From positions 1-35,084 of the forward strand of contig JAQGDQ010001548.1 of the NCBI GenBank assembly GCA_030141605.1: 35,084 bases of DNA, given 5' to 3'. Below the pieces are notes generated by a model. The model did not search any database and had not been told where the DNA came from. It saw only the letters and a program-made list of their open reading frames with translations. Shown one piece after another: positions 34,017-35,084 of this stretch (positions within the stretch are counted from its first letter, which is position 1; each line of letters begins with the position of its first letter). This DNA comes from Tubiluchus corallicola (taxonomy: Eukaryota; Animalia; Priapulida). Both the position numbers and the translations under genes were made by a program.

Positions 34017-34522
34017 CTTCTTCTTCTTCTCAGCTTTTCCCCTATGCGGGGTCGCCGTTGTGAATGAGTCTTCTTCACGCATTCCTGTTGTTGACCATCT
34101 CTTCATTTATGTCTTCCCTTCCCACAAGATCTTCACCGACTCTTCTTTTCGGGTGTCCATACCATCGCAATCTTGCGAGGCTCTTCCACTACTTTTACTG
34201 TTCCTTAGATATTATTATTTCTAATTTTATCTCTTCTTGTTATTCCCACCATCCATCTCAACATCCTCATCTCCACCACACCCATTTTCTTCTCTTCGGT
34301 CTTCTTTAGAGAAGCTGCTTCCAGCCCATAGATTAGAGCGGGTCTGACCACTATCTTTGTGGACTTTACCTGACTCATTGACTCACTGACTCATTCATAG
34401 AAGGTTTTGGAGCAGTTTTTACAGGCGGATGCCCTTCCTGACCCTAACCCTCCCTATTTATCCGGGCTTGGGGTCGGCACTGAGCTGGGCTGGCTTCCCC
34501 CCCCTCACCCAGTGGCTAGATT
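34017..34522 (-). mobile_element. Internally deleted RTE LINE (Expander/Rex3-like) retaining both ends
   Basis: Minus strand: 5' UTR motif CCCAAGCCCGGATAAAT...GGAAGGGCATCCG, decayed ORF VVRPALIYGLEAASLKKTEEKKMGVVEMRMLRWMVGITRRDKIRN...RLRWYGH...HNGDPA*, (GAA)n tail; 17-bp TSD GCACTC(G/A)AGCTGAGGAT. Confidence 0.87.
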
Positions 34523-35084
34523 GCACTCAAGCTGAGGATGCTATGATAAGTGTGATCATTTATCTGTTTTGTAATTTCTGTTTACCTGTTTTACGAAAGG
34601 TAATTGGCGAACCCTGTTATTAGTTAGATTGTCATTGGGTTTTAATTTTGCCAATTTGTGGATGACATTCAAACCCTCAGTGCAGATTAAAATGACCTAC
34701 GGTCAACAATTTCTCAAGAGAGACTGGATAATTTGGTGATGCTATCTGTAGAAAACGGCATTGCAAAAAACCATAGACTGTGAAATGATTTTGAAAGATT
34801 TCTCGCATAAAAAAGCCAGAAAAGTCTGTTTCTGTTTTTAGAAGAAAGGCACATACACAAACAATTTGTCAATAATTATATTTATGTGTAATTAAATATT
34901 AAAACGTTCATATTGGCTTTCAATTTTTAGACTACAATTGAGGCTATTCATGGAGCTGGCTTACTACGTGAAGCATAACATATCAGTCTGCAGCTTTTGT
35001 CGGATAAATGGCCCTATTAACCATTTTTTAATTGGGCCCCCACACTTATTACACTGGCCTTGGGTTATTTAAATCATTCATGCG

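Overview
AT-rich animal (probably invertebrate) genomic DNA, not prokaryotic. The minus strand carries 15 coding exons (26377 down to 890; 1491 nt, 497 codons, all GT-AG, reading frame continuous) of NCKAP1/Nap1/Hem (WAVE regulatory complex). The gene continues past the left edge. Head-to-head on the plus strand is the first coding exon (33285-33835) of a CDK12/CDK13-type kinase, with a probable 5' UTR exon ending at 28449. NCKAP1 introns are inflated by six unrelated minisatellite arrays (units 51, 72, 31, 66, 43, 38 bp), plus many MITEs (Tc2/pogo-, hAT-, piggyBac-like) and LINE remnants. Most notable: (1) the 66-bp array is a 15-fold amplification of the 3' end of exon 9 plus its splice donor; (2) a 5S rRNA-RTE chimeric retrocopy (SINE3-like) occurs in the same window as the longer bipartite RTE element it matches; (3) the 43-bp array grew inside a tRNA-derived SINE; (4) the 31-bp array is a 1.1-kb polypyrimidine tract with cryptic acceptors; (5) a degenerate hammerhead-like motif. 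The long ORFs over the arrays are repeat artefacts. Family assignments come from recalled sequences, not database searches.
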